From: Treponema sp.
GTDB taxonomy: Bacteria; Spirochaetota; Spirochaetia; Treponematales; Breznakiellaceae
Length of the DNA stretch: 64,000 nucleotides
Reading direction: 5' to 3'
Assembly (NCBI GenBank): GCA_003527485.1
Contig: DPXI01000088.1
Coordinates: 209,638 to 273,637, forward strand
How positions within the stretch are numbered: position 1 is the stretch's first letter; the number at the start of each line of letters is the position of its first letter. Made by a program: the position numbers and the translations under genes. The notes under the pieces are model-generated. The model saw only the letters and a list, made by a program, of their open reading frames with translations. It was not told the origin of the DNA and did no database searches. Positions 9,543 to 19,587 of this stretch are shown here, in pieces.

Positions 9543-10823
9543 CTAGTCGTTGGGGATCGAAGAAGGGAAATTTTCCAGCGCGGCGAAATCCAGGGTGGCG
9601 AAATAGTCGTCGACCGTCTCCGCCCTCCTGATGCTCACCGCCGAACCGTCGGTCCGCAGCAGGAGCTCGCCGCAGCGGAGCTTGCCGTTGTAGTTGAAGC
9701 CCATGGCCCGGCCGTGGGCACCCGCGTCGTGGATCACGAGCAGGTCGCCGACGGCGATCTTGGGAAGCCGGCGCTGGACGGCGAATTTGTCGTTGTTCTC
9801 GCAAAGGCTGCCGACGACGTCGTAGGTCTCGGTCGCAAGAGCGCCTTCCTTCCCGGAAACCGTGAGGTGGTGGTAGGCGCCGTACATGCCCGGCCTCATG
9901 AGATCGGCCATCGACGCGTCCACCCCGATGTATTCCCGGTAGATGCTCTTGGTATGGATGGCCTTCGTGACCAGCCAGCCGTACGGCCCCGTCATCACGC
10001 GCGCCCATTCCATCCGCAGGCCCAGCGGATCGAGTCCGGCGGGAACCACGATGGAGTCGTAGGCTGCGCGCATGCCCTTGGCCATGTATCCGTAGTCCAG
10101 ATCGTCCTGCTCAGGCCGGTAGGGAATGCCCGCCCCGCCGCCTATGTTGACGAATTCCGCCCTGATGCCGGTCTTTCGCTTCAACTCGACCGCGAGTTCG
10201 AACAGGATCTTCGCCGTCTCGATGTGGTAGTCGGCGTTGAGCTCGTTGGAGGCGACCATCGCGTGGATGCCGAAGCGCGTAACGCCTTTTGCTTTCAGGC
10301 GGACGAAACCTTCGATGAGTTGCTCGCGCGTGAAGCCGTACTTGGCCTCTTCGGGCTTGCCGATGATGGCGTTTCCCTCTTTCAGAGGTCCCGGATTGTA
10401 GCGGCAGGAGATCAGCCCGGGAATGCCCGCCGCGGTTTCAAGAAAATCGATGTGGGTGATGTCGTCCAGGTTGATCACCGCGCCCTGGGCCTTGGCTGCG
10501 ACGTACTCGCGGGCGGGAGTCTCGTTGGAGGTGAGCATCACCGCCTCGCCCTTCATGCCCGCCGCATCGGCCAGCATCAGCTCGGGGAGGCTCGCGCAGT
10601 CGGCGCCGAAGCCCTCGTCCGCGAGGATCTTCAGGACGAAGGGATTGGGGAGGGCCTTGACGGCGAAATGCTCCTTGAACGAGGGGAAAACGGAAAAAGC
10701 CTTCAGTACGGCGCGGGCGTTCTTCCGGATCGCCGCCTCGTCGTACAGGTAGAACGGCGTCGGGAAGCGGTCGGCCAGCGCGCGGAGCTTTTGGGAATCA
10801 AGCGGGAAAGACTTTGTGCTCAT
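9543..10823 (-). CDS. lysA: Diaminopimelate decarboxylase
   Basis: 426 aa. Orn/DAP/Arg decarboxylase family (PTPFYLYDE…, the FAVKALPNP region and a Gly-rich loop). Confidence 0.88.
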   Translation of the reverse strand: MSTKSFPLDSQKLRALADRFPTPFYLYDEAAIRKNARAVLKAFSVFPSFKEHFAVKALPNPFVLKILADEGFGADCASLPELMLADAAGMKGEAVMLTSNETPAREYVAAKAQGAVINLDDITHIDFLETAAGIPGLISCRYNPGPLKEGNAIIGKPEEAKYGFTREQLIEGFVRLKAKGVTRFGIHAMVASNELNADYHIETAKILFELAVELKRKTGIRAEFVNIGGGAGIPYRPEQDDLDYGYMAKGMRAAYDSIVVPAGLDPLGLRMEWARVMTGPYGWLVTKAIHTKSIYREYIGVDASMADLMRPGMYGAYHHLTVSGKEGALATETYDVVGSLCENNDKFAVQRRLPKIAVGDLLVIHDAGAHGRAMGFNYNGKLRCGELLLRTDGSAVSIRRAETVDDYFATLDFAALENFPSSIPND

Positions 10824-11917
10824 AGATACCCTTTCGCCTTCAGAAGCTCCGCGTTGAGGATGCCGCCGCCGGCGGCGCCGCGCACGGTGTTGTGGGAGAG
10901 GCCCACGAAGCGCAGGTCGAACAGGGGACAGGGACGTACGCGACCCACCGTCACCGCCATCCCCTTGTCCGCGTCGCGGTCCTTGCGAGGCTGGGGCCGG
11001 TCGGCCTCCTCGCGGACTATGATGGGATGCAGGGGGGCTGAAGGCAGGCCGAGCTCCTGGGGCAAGGCCCGGAATGCTTTCCAGACGGCCCTCACCTCGT
11101 CAACCGAAGGCTTCCGGTCGCCGAATTCCATGGAGACGCAAGCCGTGTGCCCGTTCACGACCGGAACCCGGTTGCAGTGGGCGGCGATCAGAGGCCCGGA
11201 AGCGTTCTCGATGAGGCCGCCGTCGATCCGGCCCAGGATCTTGAGCGGTTCCTTTTCGGACTTTTCCTCTTCCCCGCCGATGAAGGGCACGATATTGTCG
11301 ATCATGTCCAAGCTGGGCACGCCCGGATAGCCGGCGCCGGAAACGGCCTGAAGGGTCGTCACGAACATGCGGCGGACTTCGAATCCTGCTTCCATCAGGG
11401 AATGGACCGGCGTCATGTAGCACTGGATGGAGCAGTTTGGTTTCACCACTATGAAGCCCTTGTCCCAGCCGCGGGATTTGCGCTGGACGGGGATGATGTC
11501 GGCATGGTGGTGGTTGATCTCGGGGATGAGCATGGGCACGTCGCCGGTCCAGCGATGGGCCGAGGCGTTGGACACCACCGGCAGGCCGGCGGCGGCGTAG
11601 GCTTCCTCGAGCGCCTTGATCTCGTCTTTGCCCATCTCCAGGGCGGAAAAGACGAAGGCGCAATCCCCGCGCGCGGCGGCGGCAGCCGCGGCCTTCACGT
11701 CATTCGCGTCGGCTACGATGAGGGACGCCACCTTGGCATCGTAGTCCTGCGCGAGCTGCCAGCGGCCGGCCACGGCCTCTGCGTAGCTCTTGCCGGCGCT
11801 CCGGGGGGAGGCCGCGACGAAACGGACTTCGAACCAGGGATGATCCCTGAGGAGGGCGATATATTGCTGTCCGACCATGCCCGTCGCTCCGAGCACGCCG
11901 ACCGGTATCCTGTTCAT
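10820..11917 (-). CDS. asd: Aspartate-semialdehyde dehydrogenase
   Basis: 365 aa. VGVLGATGMVGQ Rossmann motif and SGAGYPGV. Overlaps the lysA start. Confidence 0.85.
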   Translation of the reverse strand: MNRIPVGVLGATGMVGQQYIALLRDHPWFEVRFVAASPRSAGKSYAEAVAGRWQLAQDYDAKVASLIVADANDVKAAAAAAARGDCAFVFSALEMGKDEIKALEEAYAAAGLPVVSNASAHRWTGDVPMLIPEINHHHADIIPVQRKSRGWDKGFIVVKPNCSIQCYMTPVHSLMEAGFEVRRMFVTTLQAVSGAGYPGVPSLDMIDNIVPFIGGEEEKSEKEPLKILGRIDGGLIENASGPLIAAHCNRVPVVNGHTACVSMEFGDRKPSVDEVRAVWKAFRALPQELGLPSAPLHPIIVREEADRPQPRKDRDADKGMAVTVGRVRPCPLFDLRFVGLSHNTVRGAAGGGILNAELLKAKGYL

Positions 11918-11933
11918 GATGGCTCCTTGAAAT

Positions 11934-12845
11934 TCATGTGCGTAGGACGATGCCCGCGGCGGCCAGGGCCGCGCGGAGCTTCGGGACGCTTTCGGGCATG
12001 AGCTCGCAAAGGGGAAGCCGCGTCGGCCCCGCCGGAAGTCCGGCCCAGCCCATCGCGGCCTTTATCGGTATCGGATTGGTTTCCACGAAGGCGCCTTTGA
12101 ACATGGGCAGCAAGGCGTAATGGAGCCGCCGGGCTTCCTTGTAGTCGCCGGCGAGGCAAGCCTTGGCGAGGGCGGCCACGCGCGCGGGCACGAGATTGGA
12201 AACGACCGACACCACTCCGTCTCCGCCCATGGCGCAGAGCGGCAGCGCGAATGAATCGTCGCCCGAGAGCACCGCGAAGAACTTCCCCTCGGCTTTGCGG
12301 ACCGCGGCGACCTCATTCACGATATCGCCGATCTGGCCGATGTCGCCGAAGGACTCCTTGACGCCGATTATGGTCGGAATCCCGGAAAGCCGGGCCATGG
12401 TCGGAACGTCGATGTTCTTGCCGGTTCGGGAGGCGATGTTGTAGATGAGCACGGGAATATCCGTCGCATCGGCGATCGCGGCGAAATGCCGGTAGATGCC
12501 CTCGTTGGTCGGTTTGTTGTAGTAAGGGGTCACGACCAGCGCGGCGTCCGCCCCCAGCTCCTTGGCCCGTTTGGCGTTCTCCACGGCATGCCGGGTCGAA
12601 TAGGATCCCGCGCCTACGATCACGGGAAGGCGCCCGCCGGCTTCTTCCACGGCGATCCGGATGATCCTGTCCTGCTCGTCACGTTCGAGCGTGGGCGTTT
12701 CGCCGGTGGTCCCGAGCGGAACGAGGCCGTCTATTCCCTGCTCGATCTGGAAGCGGACGAGAGTACGGAAACCGTCGTAGTCAACGTCGCCGGCTGCCGT
12801 CATGGGGGTGACGAGAGCCGTGAAGGCTCCCCGGAGTTGTTGCAT
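11934..12845 (-). CDS. dapA: 4-hydroxy-tetrahydrodipicolinate synthase
   Basis: 303 aa. GAFTALVTPM…, DapA/NAL family. Confidence 0.88.
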   Translation of the reverse strand: MQQLRGAFTALVTPMTAAGDVDYDGFRTLVRFQIEQGIDGLVPLGTTGETPTLERDEQDRIIRIAVEEAGGRLPVIVGAGSYSTRHAVENAKRAKELGADAALVVTPYYNKPTNEGIYRHFAAIADATDIPVLIYNIASRTGKNIDVPTMARLSGIPTIIGVKESFGDIGQIGDIVNEVAAVRKAEGKFFAVLSGDDSFALPLCAMGGDGVVSVVSNLVPARVAALAKACLAGDYKEARRLHYALLPMFKGAFVETNPIPIKAAMGWAGLPAGPTRLPLCELMPESVPKLRAALAAAGIVLRT

Positions 12846-12889
12846 GGTACGCTCCGAATGAAAGATTATAGAAGATACACGTAAAATAT

Positions 12890-12903
12890 TGCATAATTAT
12901 GCA
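12890..12903. promoter_or_regulatory. Perfect 14-bp palindrome TGCATAATTATGCA in the dapB-dapA intergenic region. Candidate operator or internal promoter element.
   Basis: Seen directly. It is flanked by ATATT/AATAT. Related TGCAT motifs recur upstream of lysC. Confidence 0.4.
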
Positions 12904-12924
12904 GGATATTCAAGAGGCCGGCGC

Positions 12925-13680
12925 CTACGGGAGAATATCCGCCAATACGTCGTCCATAGTGAAGGTTCCCGTCCTCGGACGCTCCGTGAACCATTCGGCG
13001 GCGCGGACGGCGCCGCGGGCGAGACCTTCGCGGTTACGGGCCGTATGCGTGATTTCGATGGTATCGGCAGCCGAATCGAAGAAGAGCGAGTGCGTGCCCG
13101 GCACCGCGCCGACGCGGAGGCTCGGGAAATGCAGTTCGTCCGGCGCGGGAGGTCGGTCGAGCGTCTCGTACACGGCAGTAGTCTTCCGCGTCATCTCGGC
13201 GAGAACCCGCTCCACCAGGGTCTTCGCGGTGCCCGAGGGACTATCCGCCTTCTTGTTATGGTGGGCTTCCCAGCCTCCCACGTCGTACTCCGCGAAGGGA
13301 TCCACCAGGCCGGCCGCATAGGCGGCAATCCGGTAGAACAGGTTGACGCCGAGGGAGAAATTGGAGGACCACAGGAGGGCCACCCCCGCCTCATCCGCCG
13401 CGGCGCTGGCGACGCCCAGCTTTTCGTGCCAGCCGGTGGTCCCGACGACGACGCCCACGCCGCGGGCGGCCAGCGCCTGGATATTAGCGAGCGCGGTATC
13501 CGGCCGCGAGAATTCGATCGCCACCTGGGCATCCTTCAAGGCGACCGCCGATGCGACATCCTTGGCGTCCGCTTCGGGAGCGAATGGATCGATGCGGCTC
13601 ACGATGGAATGTCCCCTTTCCAAGGCAACCGCCTCTATCATGCGGCCCATTTTTCCGTATCCGACCAACGCTATTCTCAT
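12925..13680 (-). CDS. dapB: 4-hydroxy-tetrahydrodipicolinate reductase
   Basis: 251 aa. MRIALVGYGKMGRMI… NAD-binding N-terminus, DapB fold. Confidence 0.85.
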   Translation of the reverse strand: MRIALVGYGKMGRMIEAVALERGHSIVSRIDPFAPEADAKDVASAVALKDAQVAIEFSRPDTALANIQALAARGVGVVVGTTGWHEKLGVASAAADEAGVALLWSSNFSLGVNLFYRIAAYAAGLVDPFAEYDVGGWEAHHNKKADSPSGTAKTLVERVLAEMTRKTTAVYETLDRPPAPDELHFPSLRVGAVPGTHSLFFDSAADTIEITHTARNREGLARGAVRAAEWFTERPRTGTFTMDDVLADILP

Positions 13681-13702
13681 ACCGTCCTCCTCGAAGAGCG
13701 GA

Positions 13703-15034
13703 TCAGGCGAAGAAGGCCGCGTGCAGCGCCTTCACCACCTCGCCCGCCTGGTCGTCGTCGACTATGAAACTGATATTCACCTTGCTGGCTCCCTGGGAGA
13801 CCATCTGCACCTGCACGCCGGAGCGCGCGCAGACGCCGAAGGTCGTTTCCAGGATTTCCGACGATCGGGACACGTCCCCGATGAGCGTCACGATGGCTTT
13901 GCCCTTCCTGATATCCACGCTGGCGATCTTCTCCAGCTCCCGCTTCAGGGCGACGAGATCGTGAGCGGCGTCCAGGGTCAGTGAAATGGAAACCTCGCTC
14001 GTGGCGACCATATCCACGGAGAGACGCCGCTCCTCGAAGGACGCGAACACGCGCGCGAGGAAACCGTGCTGCCCCAGCATGCGCGATGACACGATATCCA
14101 CGAGGGTGACGTTCTTCTTGGAGGTGATCGCGCGCACCGGCAGTGCGCCCGCTTCCAAGGAAGAGACGATGCGGGTGCCGGGGGCCGCGGGATTGTAGGA
14201 ATTCTTTACGCGTACCGGCGTACTCGTGCGCTTGCAGGGCTGCATGGAACGGGGATGGAGGACCTGGGCCCCGAAATAAGCGAGTTCGGAAGCTTCTTCG
14301 TAGGTGACCGTGCTGACCGGCCGCGCATCCTTGACCAGGCGGGGATCGGCGGTGAGGATGCCGTCCACGTCCTTCCAGACCTGGACCTCCTCGGCTCCCG
14401 CCGCGGCGCCTATCACCGTCGCGGTCAGGTCCGAACCGCCGCGGCCGAGGGTGGTGATATGACCGTCGGCGGTTTTGGCGATGAAGCCCGTTACCACCGG
14501 CAGGATACCGGATTCGACCAGCGGGCCGATGACGGCGGCGATCGAGGCGTAACTTTCGTCCAGCACTTCCGCGCTCGTGTAGTTCGAATCGGAACGGAGG
14601 CCGGCGTCCCAGGCATCCAGGGCTTTGGACTTCACGCCGATGGAACGGAAGTAAGCGGCGGCCACCCGGACGGAAAGACGCTCGCCGAAGGAAACGAGGT
14701 AGTCCTTGGTTCGCCCGGTCAGTTCCCTGATGAGGGATATGCCGATGAGCAAGCTTTTCAGTTCTTCCAGCAGGGGGAGGATTTCCGTGCGCGCGACGTC
14801 CTCTCCGAGACCGAGCGCCCCGATCGCGGCGAGGTGGAGTCCTTCGATCCTCTCTATGGATACCTTCCCTCCGAGCGCCTCATCGGCGGCTTCAAGGAGA
14901 TGGTCGGTGGTGTCTCCCATGGCCGAGAGGACCAACACCGGTTTTCGGGGAAGGAATTCCTTGACGATGAGCGCGACATGGCGGATACGCTCGGCGTCCG
15001 CGACCGAACTGCCCCCGAATTTCATGACAATCAT
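13703..15034 (-). CDS. lysC: Aspartate kinase. The start is probably at the internal Met MIVMKFGG, and the listed ORF extends to 15076.
   Basis: KFGGSSVAD… kinase motif and C-terminal ACT domains. Confidence 0.88.
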   Translation of the reverse strand: MIVMKFGGSSVADAERIRHVALIVKEFLPRKPVLVLSAMGDTTDHLLEAADEALGGKVSIERIEGLHLAAIGALGLGEDVARTEILPLLEELKSLLIGISLIRELTGRTKDYLVSFGERLSVRVAAAYFRSIGVKSKALDAWDAGLRSDSNYTSAEVLDESYASIAAVIGPLVESGILPVVTGFIAKTADGHITTLGRGGSDLTATVIGAAAGAEEVQVWKDVDGILTADPRLVKDARPVSTVTYEEASELAYFGAQVLHPRSMQPCKRTSTPVRVKNSYNPAAPGTRIVSSLEAGALPVRAITSKKNVTLVDIVSSRMLGQHGFLARVFASFEERRLSVDMVATSEVSISLTLDAAHDLVALKRELEKIASVDIRKGKAIVTLIGDVSRSSEILETTFGVCARSGVQVQMVSQGASKVNISFIVDDDQAGEVVKALHAAFFA

Positions 15035-15076
15035 CGCCTGCCTCCTGAACGGTTGGGCATGATAGCAAGAAGACAT

Positions 15077-15213
15077 TGCACGCGCAACACCTTTTATGCA
15101 TTTTTATGCATTCCTAGGGCGAATTTTGCATATATTCGGCATATTATTGCCTTTCACATGCCCCGGCACCGAACTTGAGGCCGCGCGCGGACGCATGCTA
15201 TTGTAAGGCACTT
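15077..15213. promoter_or_regulatory. AT-rich divergent promoter region with TTTTATGCA direct repeats (lysC leader and RNase II-like promoter)
   Basis: TTTTATGCATTTTTATGCATTCC tandem repeat plus TTGCATATAT. The AT content is unusually high for this genome. Confidence 0.4.
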
Positions 15214-17037
15214 ATGATAATCGAAAAGAGTCTGGCGCTGTACAAGAACCGGCCCGCGATCGTGGCCGATGTCGGCGAAAAAATAACTCTCCTGCTACCG
15301 GGCGGGGAAAAGATCCGCGTCAGGGAAAAGGATTTCGAAGTCCTGCACCCGGGCCCCGCTTCCAAACCCGAGGATATCGAGGACGCGAAGGTCGAAGGCG
15401 ACGCCGAGCTTGCCCGGGAACTGGTGGAAGGCGGAGAGGTGCCGCTTTCGGAACTCGCCGAGCTTGCGTTCGGCTCTTTCGAGCCACGGACAGCCTGGGC
15501 AACCTGGCTCCTGCTGAAGGACGGCCTCCGTTTTTCGGGTACCGTCAACGCCATCCGCGCCAGAAGCTCGGCGGAGGTCGCGGCGGAGGAAGCGAAGCGC
15601 GGAGGCAAGGCGAAGGACGCCGCCGAGCGCGAGGCCTTCCTGTCCCGGCTCGCCTCCCGCACGCTGAACCTTGAAGAAGACGCCAGGCGCATGCAGGACG
15701 TGGAAGCACTGGCCTACGGGAAGACGGACAAGAGCAGAACCCTGAAGGACGCGGGAAAGCAGGAAACGCCGGTAGAAGCGCACAAGCTGCTCCTGGCGAC
15801 CGGAGTCTGGACGGACGCGGTCAATCCCCATCCCGCCCGCTTCGGCCAGGTCCTCGCCTCGGCCAAGGTGCCCCTGGCTCCGCCGCCCGAGGAGGAGCGG
15901 GTCGATCTCACCCGGCTGCGCTCCTTCGCGATCGACAACGCCTGGAGCTCGGACCCCGACGATGCGGTTTCGGTGGACGGCAACTCGGTCTGGGTCCACG
16001 TGGCGGACCCCGCGGCCTCCGCGCCCACCGATTCGCCCTGTGACCTGGAGGCGCGGGAGCGCGGGGCGACCTTGTATCTGCCCGAAGGCACCTACCGCAT
16101 GTTCGAGGAAGGGTCCTTGGAACATTTCGCCCTCGGCCTGTCCGGGACATCGCCCGCCCTTTCCTTCAGGATGGAGCTGGACGCGGACGCGGGCATCGTC
16201 GATACGGAAATCGTCCGCTCGATCGTCCGGGTCGAGCGGCTCAGCTACGAGCAGGCCGATGAACGCGCCGGCGAGAGCGGGCTCGCGCGCCTGTTCGCCC
16301 TTGCCGAAGCCCTGCTCGCCCGCCGGCTCGCGGCCGGCGCGGTCACCATAGAACTGCCGGAAACGCACATGGTCGTTTCCGGCGGGGAAGTCAGGATCGA
16401 GAAGATCGCGGACACCCGCGGGTCGGCCATGGTACGGGAGTTCATGCTCTTGGCCGGAATGGGCGCAGCCCGCTGGGCGATTCGCCACCGCGTCCCCTTC
16501 CCCTTCGTAACCCAGGAGCTGGGCGACCTCCCCGCCGAGCCCCTGGGCGGCCTGGCCGGATCGTACCAGCTTCGCAGGTGCATGAGGCCGCGCCGGCTAT
16601 CCGCCCAGCCCGGTTCGCACGACGGCTTGGGACTGTCCGAGTACACCCAGGTGACGAGTCCCCTGCGCCGGTATTCCGACCTCGTCGCCCACCAGCAGAT
16701 CAGGTCCTTCCTTTCCGGAACGAGGCCTCTCGGCACGGAAGAGGTGCTGGAACGCATAGCGGCAGGAGAAGCGGCCGCCCAGGCGACCGTCCAGGCGGAA
16801 CGGGCCTCCCGGCAGCACTGGACCATGGTTCTGCTCTCGCGGATGAAAGGTTCGGAATGGGACGCCGTCGTCGTAGAACGGAAGGGCCCTCGGGCCGTCG
16901 TCCTCATCCCCGACCTGGCCCTGGAGACCCTGTTGAACGCGGGATCCGACGCCAAGCCGAACGACGCCATCCGCGTCGCGGTTTCCGCGGTTTCCATCCC
17001 GGACCTGGAAGCGCGCTTCATCGCCGTCAAGGCATGA
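15214..17037 (+). CDS. RNase II/R family 3'-5' exoribonuclease (RNB domain)
   Basis: RNB signature …HDGLGLSEYTQVTSPLRRYSDLVAHQQI… The start was chosen at MIIEKSLALYKNRPAIV. Confidence 0.75.
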   Translation: MIIEKSLALYKNRPAIVADVGEKITLLLPGGEKIRVREKDFEVLHPGPASKPEDIEDAKVEGDAELARELVEGGEVPLSELAELAFGSFEPRTAWATWLLLKDGLRFSGTVNAIRARSSAEVAAEEAKRGGKAKDAAEREAFLSRLASRTLNLEEDARRMQDVEALAYGKTDKSRTLKDAGKQETPVEAHKLLLATGVWTDAVNPHPARFGQVLASAKVPLAPPPEEERVDLTRLRSFAIDNAWSSDPDDAVSVDGNSVWVHVADPAASAPTDSPCDLEARERGATLYLPEGTYRMFEEGSLEHFALGLSGTSPALSFRMELDADAGIVDTEIVRSIVRVERLSYEQADERAGESGLARLFALAEALLARRLAAGAVTIELPETHMVVSGGEVRIEKIADTRGSAMVREFMLLAGMGAARWAIRHRVPFPFVTQELGDLPAEPLGGLAGSYQLRRCMRPRRLSAQPGSHDGLGLSEYTQVTSPLRRYSDLVAHQQIRSFLSGTRPLGTEEVLERIAAGEAAAQATVQAERASRQHWTMVLLSRMKGSEWDAVVVERKGPRAVVLIPDLALETLLNAGSDAKPNDAIRVAVSAVSIPDLEARFIAVKA

Positions 17038-17038
17038 G

Positions 17039-17650
17039 TCAACGGTCGAAGAAGGTAATCGTTCCGGCTTCGCGCTCCTTCGCCCGGATCCGTTCGCCGT
17101 AGGATTCCTCCTCGCGTTCGATCGCGGCGATGAGCGAGCCCGTGATCCGTTTGAGCAAGACCTTCCCGTCGCGCACGAAGAAGAGGATCTTGCGCGCCTC
17201 GTAGCCCCCCACGTCGGAGGAGAGGACGGGGATGGATTCAGCCTTCAGGTATTCGAAAGCGAAATCGATGTTTCCCTTGGGTACTTTCCCCAGGCTCGAC
17301 TTTCCCCTGCCGAGGACGGAACCGCCGCCGAAAACCTTGGCCGTCAGCCGGTCCTTCCGGCATCCCAGGTCGAGAAGATCGTTGACCAGCAGCTCCATGG
17401 CGTACATGCCGTAGCGCGCGTCCTCCGTCGCGAAGGGAGACGCGCGGCCGCGGGCGGGACGTTCCTGTTCTTCTCCGGGAAGCATGAAATGGTTCAGGCC
17501 GCCGATGCCCGCCCGTCCGTCCTTGAGCGCGACGGCGATGCAGGAGCCGAGGACTGTCGCGATGATGATGTCGTCTCCCGTCGCCAGATATTCTCCGGGA
17601 TGGATGATCGTCACCGGCTGGGCGAATGCGGAAAACGAATGGGCGTACAT
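17039..17650 (-). CDS. cheD: Chemoreceptor glutamine deamidase CheD, with a C-terminal extension
   Basis: …ATGDDIIIATVLGSCIAVALKDGRAGIGGLNHFMLPG… CheD motif. 203 aa. Confidence 0.85.
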   Translation of the reverse strand: MYAHSFSAFAQPVTIIHPGEYLATGDDIIIATVLGSCIAVALKDGRAGIGGLNHFMLPGEEQERPARGRASPFATEDARYGMYAMELLVNDLLDLGCRKDRLTAKVFGGGSVLGRGKSSLGKVPKGNIDFAFEYLKAESIPVLSSDVGGYEARKILFFVRDGKVLLKRITGSLIAAIEREEESYGERIRAKEREAGTITFFDR

Positions 17651-17652
17651 CG

Positions 17653-19530
17653 CTAGAAAAAGGTGACGTCTCCGACGGCCACGGAATCCTCCACCTGGAA
17701 TCCTCCGAGGTCCGCGGCCACGCGCTTGTGGGCATAAATGGTGAAGCGTTCGATCACTTCTTTCAGGCGTGCCGAATGCGGGTCTGCGCGGAGAGTATCG
17801 CCTCCGGCGCCGCCTCCCGTGTCGCCGCCCGCGCCCCGCAGCGTGGCCTCGGAGGTCGCCTCCATCGCAGCTAGGATCACCGACACCGCGTCCAGCGCCC
17901 CTATCAAGCGTTCAAAGCTTTCCTCGCCCCCGGAAGCCGTCTCCAATAGGTCGATGAAATCCTTGGTGAACAGTGAGAAATCCAGAACTCCCCGCTTGAT
18001 GGATTCCTGGAGGGCGGACAGGCGTCCGTGCGCGTCCTTGAGGTCACCCGCGGTGCGCTCGATGAATTCCGCGTCCTTCTCCGAATTCTCGGCGTAGTCG
18101 CGGACCGCGGATTTCGTCTCGCCGATGAAACTCCTCGTCGTGAGGAGCGCCTCGTCGACATCCTCCGCGATCCGGTCCGTGAGCAAAGACATCTCCACGA
18201 CGGTATCGTTCATGGTGCGCAGGATGGACTGTTTGGACACCTCGATGCGGGAAGCGATGTCGATGGTCCTGAAACGGTTAAGGATCTTGGAGAAGGCTTT
18301 GAACCCGCCTTCCAGTTCCGCCACGGACGAGGAAAGACGGGATCCGGAATTGGCGATGCTTCCCTTGGTCCTCATGTAGACGCCGGACTGGGTGCCGATT
18401 TCTTCCAAAATCCGGGAAGCGTCCTGGAAACTGCGGTCCGAAGAACCTTCACGCCCCTTGCCGAAATAGGACTCGATCACGGCGCGCCTTCGGCTCTCCC
18501 CCTCGGAAACGATGCCCCGGACGGCGGCTGAATCCCTTCGCAGCGCGGCGAGGGCGGCCTCCAGACGGGAGCGGACGTCGGCTATGATGGAGATCGATAT
18601 GCTCGCCAGCCGGGAATGGAAAACGCAGTCGTCCAGAGGATCGTCGGAGGAGACGGATACGATCTCGTCCATGGCCATGACCACATGATCCAGCGACTGC
18701 TTGACCAGGTCCTGGATCTGGACCATCTCCATAATGCTCCGGATCGGTCCCCCGACGCCCGCGGAGAGTTCGACGAGCCGGGCGAGGGAGGTTCCGATTT
18801 CGCGCACCACGGATTCCAGCGTCACGAATCGGGAGTGGATGGTCTCGTCCAATCCCTCGAACAGCTGCACGCGGGTCGCCTCCAGGCCTTCGACTTCCTT
18901 GCGGTATTTCAGGAAGTGGTCCAGCAGCGTCCGGCCGTTTTCGGTGAGCATGTCGGTGAGGTCGATGGTGCGGGCGGACAGGCGCTTGAGTTCGTCGGTG
19001 ATCACGGAAAAGGCTTTTCCCGCGGCGCCGGACTTGAGCGCGACGGTCATCGCGTTCAGGGAGATGAGCTCCATCTCCATGGAATCATCCTTGATCCGCG
19101 CGATCACCGCGTCGAGGCCCGAAAGCCGATCGATCCCCGCGCTGAGTGAAACCAGAAGGGTCTTGTCCCGCTCCTCCATGGAATCGAGGCTCCTCGTCGA
19201 ACGGCCGATGGTCGCGCGCGTGGATTCGAATAGGTTGCGCATGGCTTCGTCCATCGAAGCGCCGGCGCCCATGGAAGAGAGGGAGCTCGCGGATTCCCGG
19301 AGGCTGCGCTCGAGTTCGCGGACGAAGGAAGGATAAGTATCCGCCACCTTCCGGAAGAGAATTTCGGAATCCCCGATCAGGGAGGAGACGCGTTGCTTTA
19401 TTTCGTTCGCTGAGGAGGCGATGCGATCTTCCATCGGTTCAGTATAGGATGTCAGCGGGCAAGGAAGCAAGCGAACGGATTCCCGAACGGATTCCCGGGC
19501 GGATATCGGATTAGGGTTCATGCGCTGCAT
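17653..19530 (-). CDS. Cytoplasmic methyl-accepting chemotaxis protein with no transmembrane segment
   Basis: Signalling-tip motif ISLNAMTVALKSGAAGKAFSVITDELKRLSART matches the MCP consensus [33 protein letters not shown]. No hydrophobic segments. Immediately upstream of cheD. Confidence 0.65.
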   Translation of the reverse strand: MQRMNPNPISARESVRESVRLLPCPLTSYTEPMEDRIASSANEIKQRVSSLIGDSEILFRKVADTYPSFVRELERSLRESASSLSSMGAGASMDEAMRNLFESTRATIGRSTRSLDSMEERDKTLLVSLSAGIDRLSGLDAVIARIKDDSMEMELISLNAMTVALKSGAAGKAFSVITDELKRLSARTIDLTDMLTENGRTLLDHFLKYRKEVEGLEATRVQLFEGLDETIHSRFVTLESVVREIGTSLARLVELSAGVGGPIRSIMEMVQIQDLVKQSLDHVVMAMDEIVSVSSDDPLDDCVFHSRLASISISIIADVRSRLEAALAALRRDSAAVRGIVSEGESRRRAVIESYFGKGREGSSDRSFQDASRILEEIGTQSGVYMRTKGSIANSGSRLSSSVAELEGGFKAFSKILNRFRTIDIASRIEVSKQSILRTMNDTVVEMSLLTDRIAEDVDEALLTTRSFIGETKSAVRDYAENSEKDAEFIERTAGDLKDAHGRLSALQESIKRGVLDFSLFTKDFIDLLETASGGEESFERLIGALDAVSVILAAMEATSEATLRGAGGDTGGGAGGDTLRADPHSARLKEVIERFTIYAHKRVAADLGGFQVEDSVAVGDVTFF

Positions 19531-19587
19531 AAAAAAGCCGTCCGGCGGTATGCCGGGCGGCCTCGTAAGTTCAGGACGACAGGAAAA

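Noticed and set aside
9516-11330. 604-aa ORF on the plus strand
   Set aside because: It is antisense to lysA/asd and Arg/Gly/Pro-rich. This is a typical high-GC spurious ORF, and the minus-strand genes have clear homologs.
15035-15213. Possible lysine riboswitch (L-box) upstream of lysC
   Set aside because: I looked for conserved L-box segments (AGAGGCGC…, GGUG…, GAGG) in the reverse complement and did not see them. The region is AT-rich with TGCAT repeats instead. This needs cmsearch to exclude formally.
15295-16488. 397-aa minus-strand ORF
   Set aside because: It is antisense to the RNase II-family gene, which carries a clear RNB signature.
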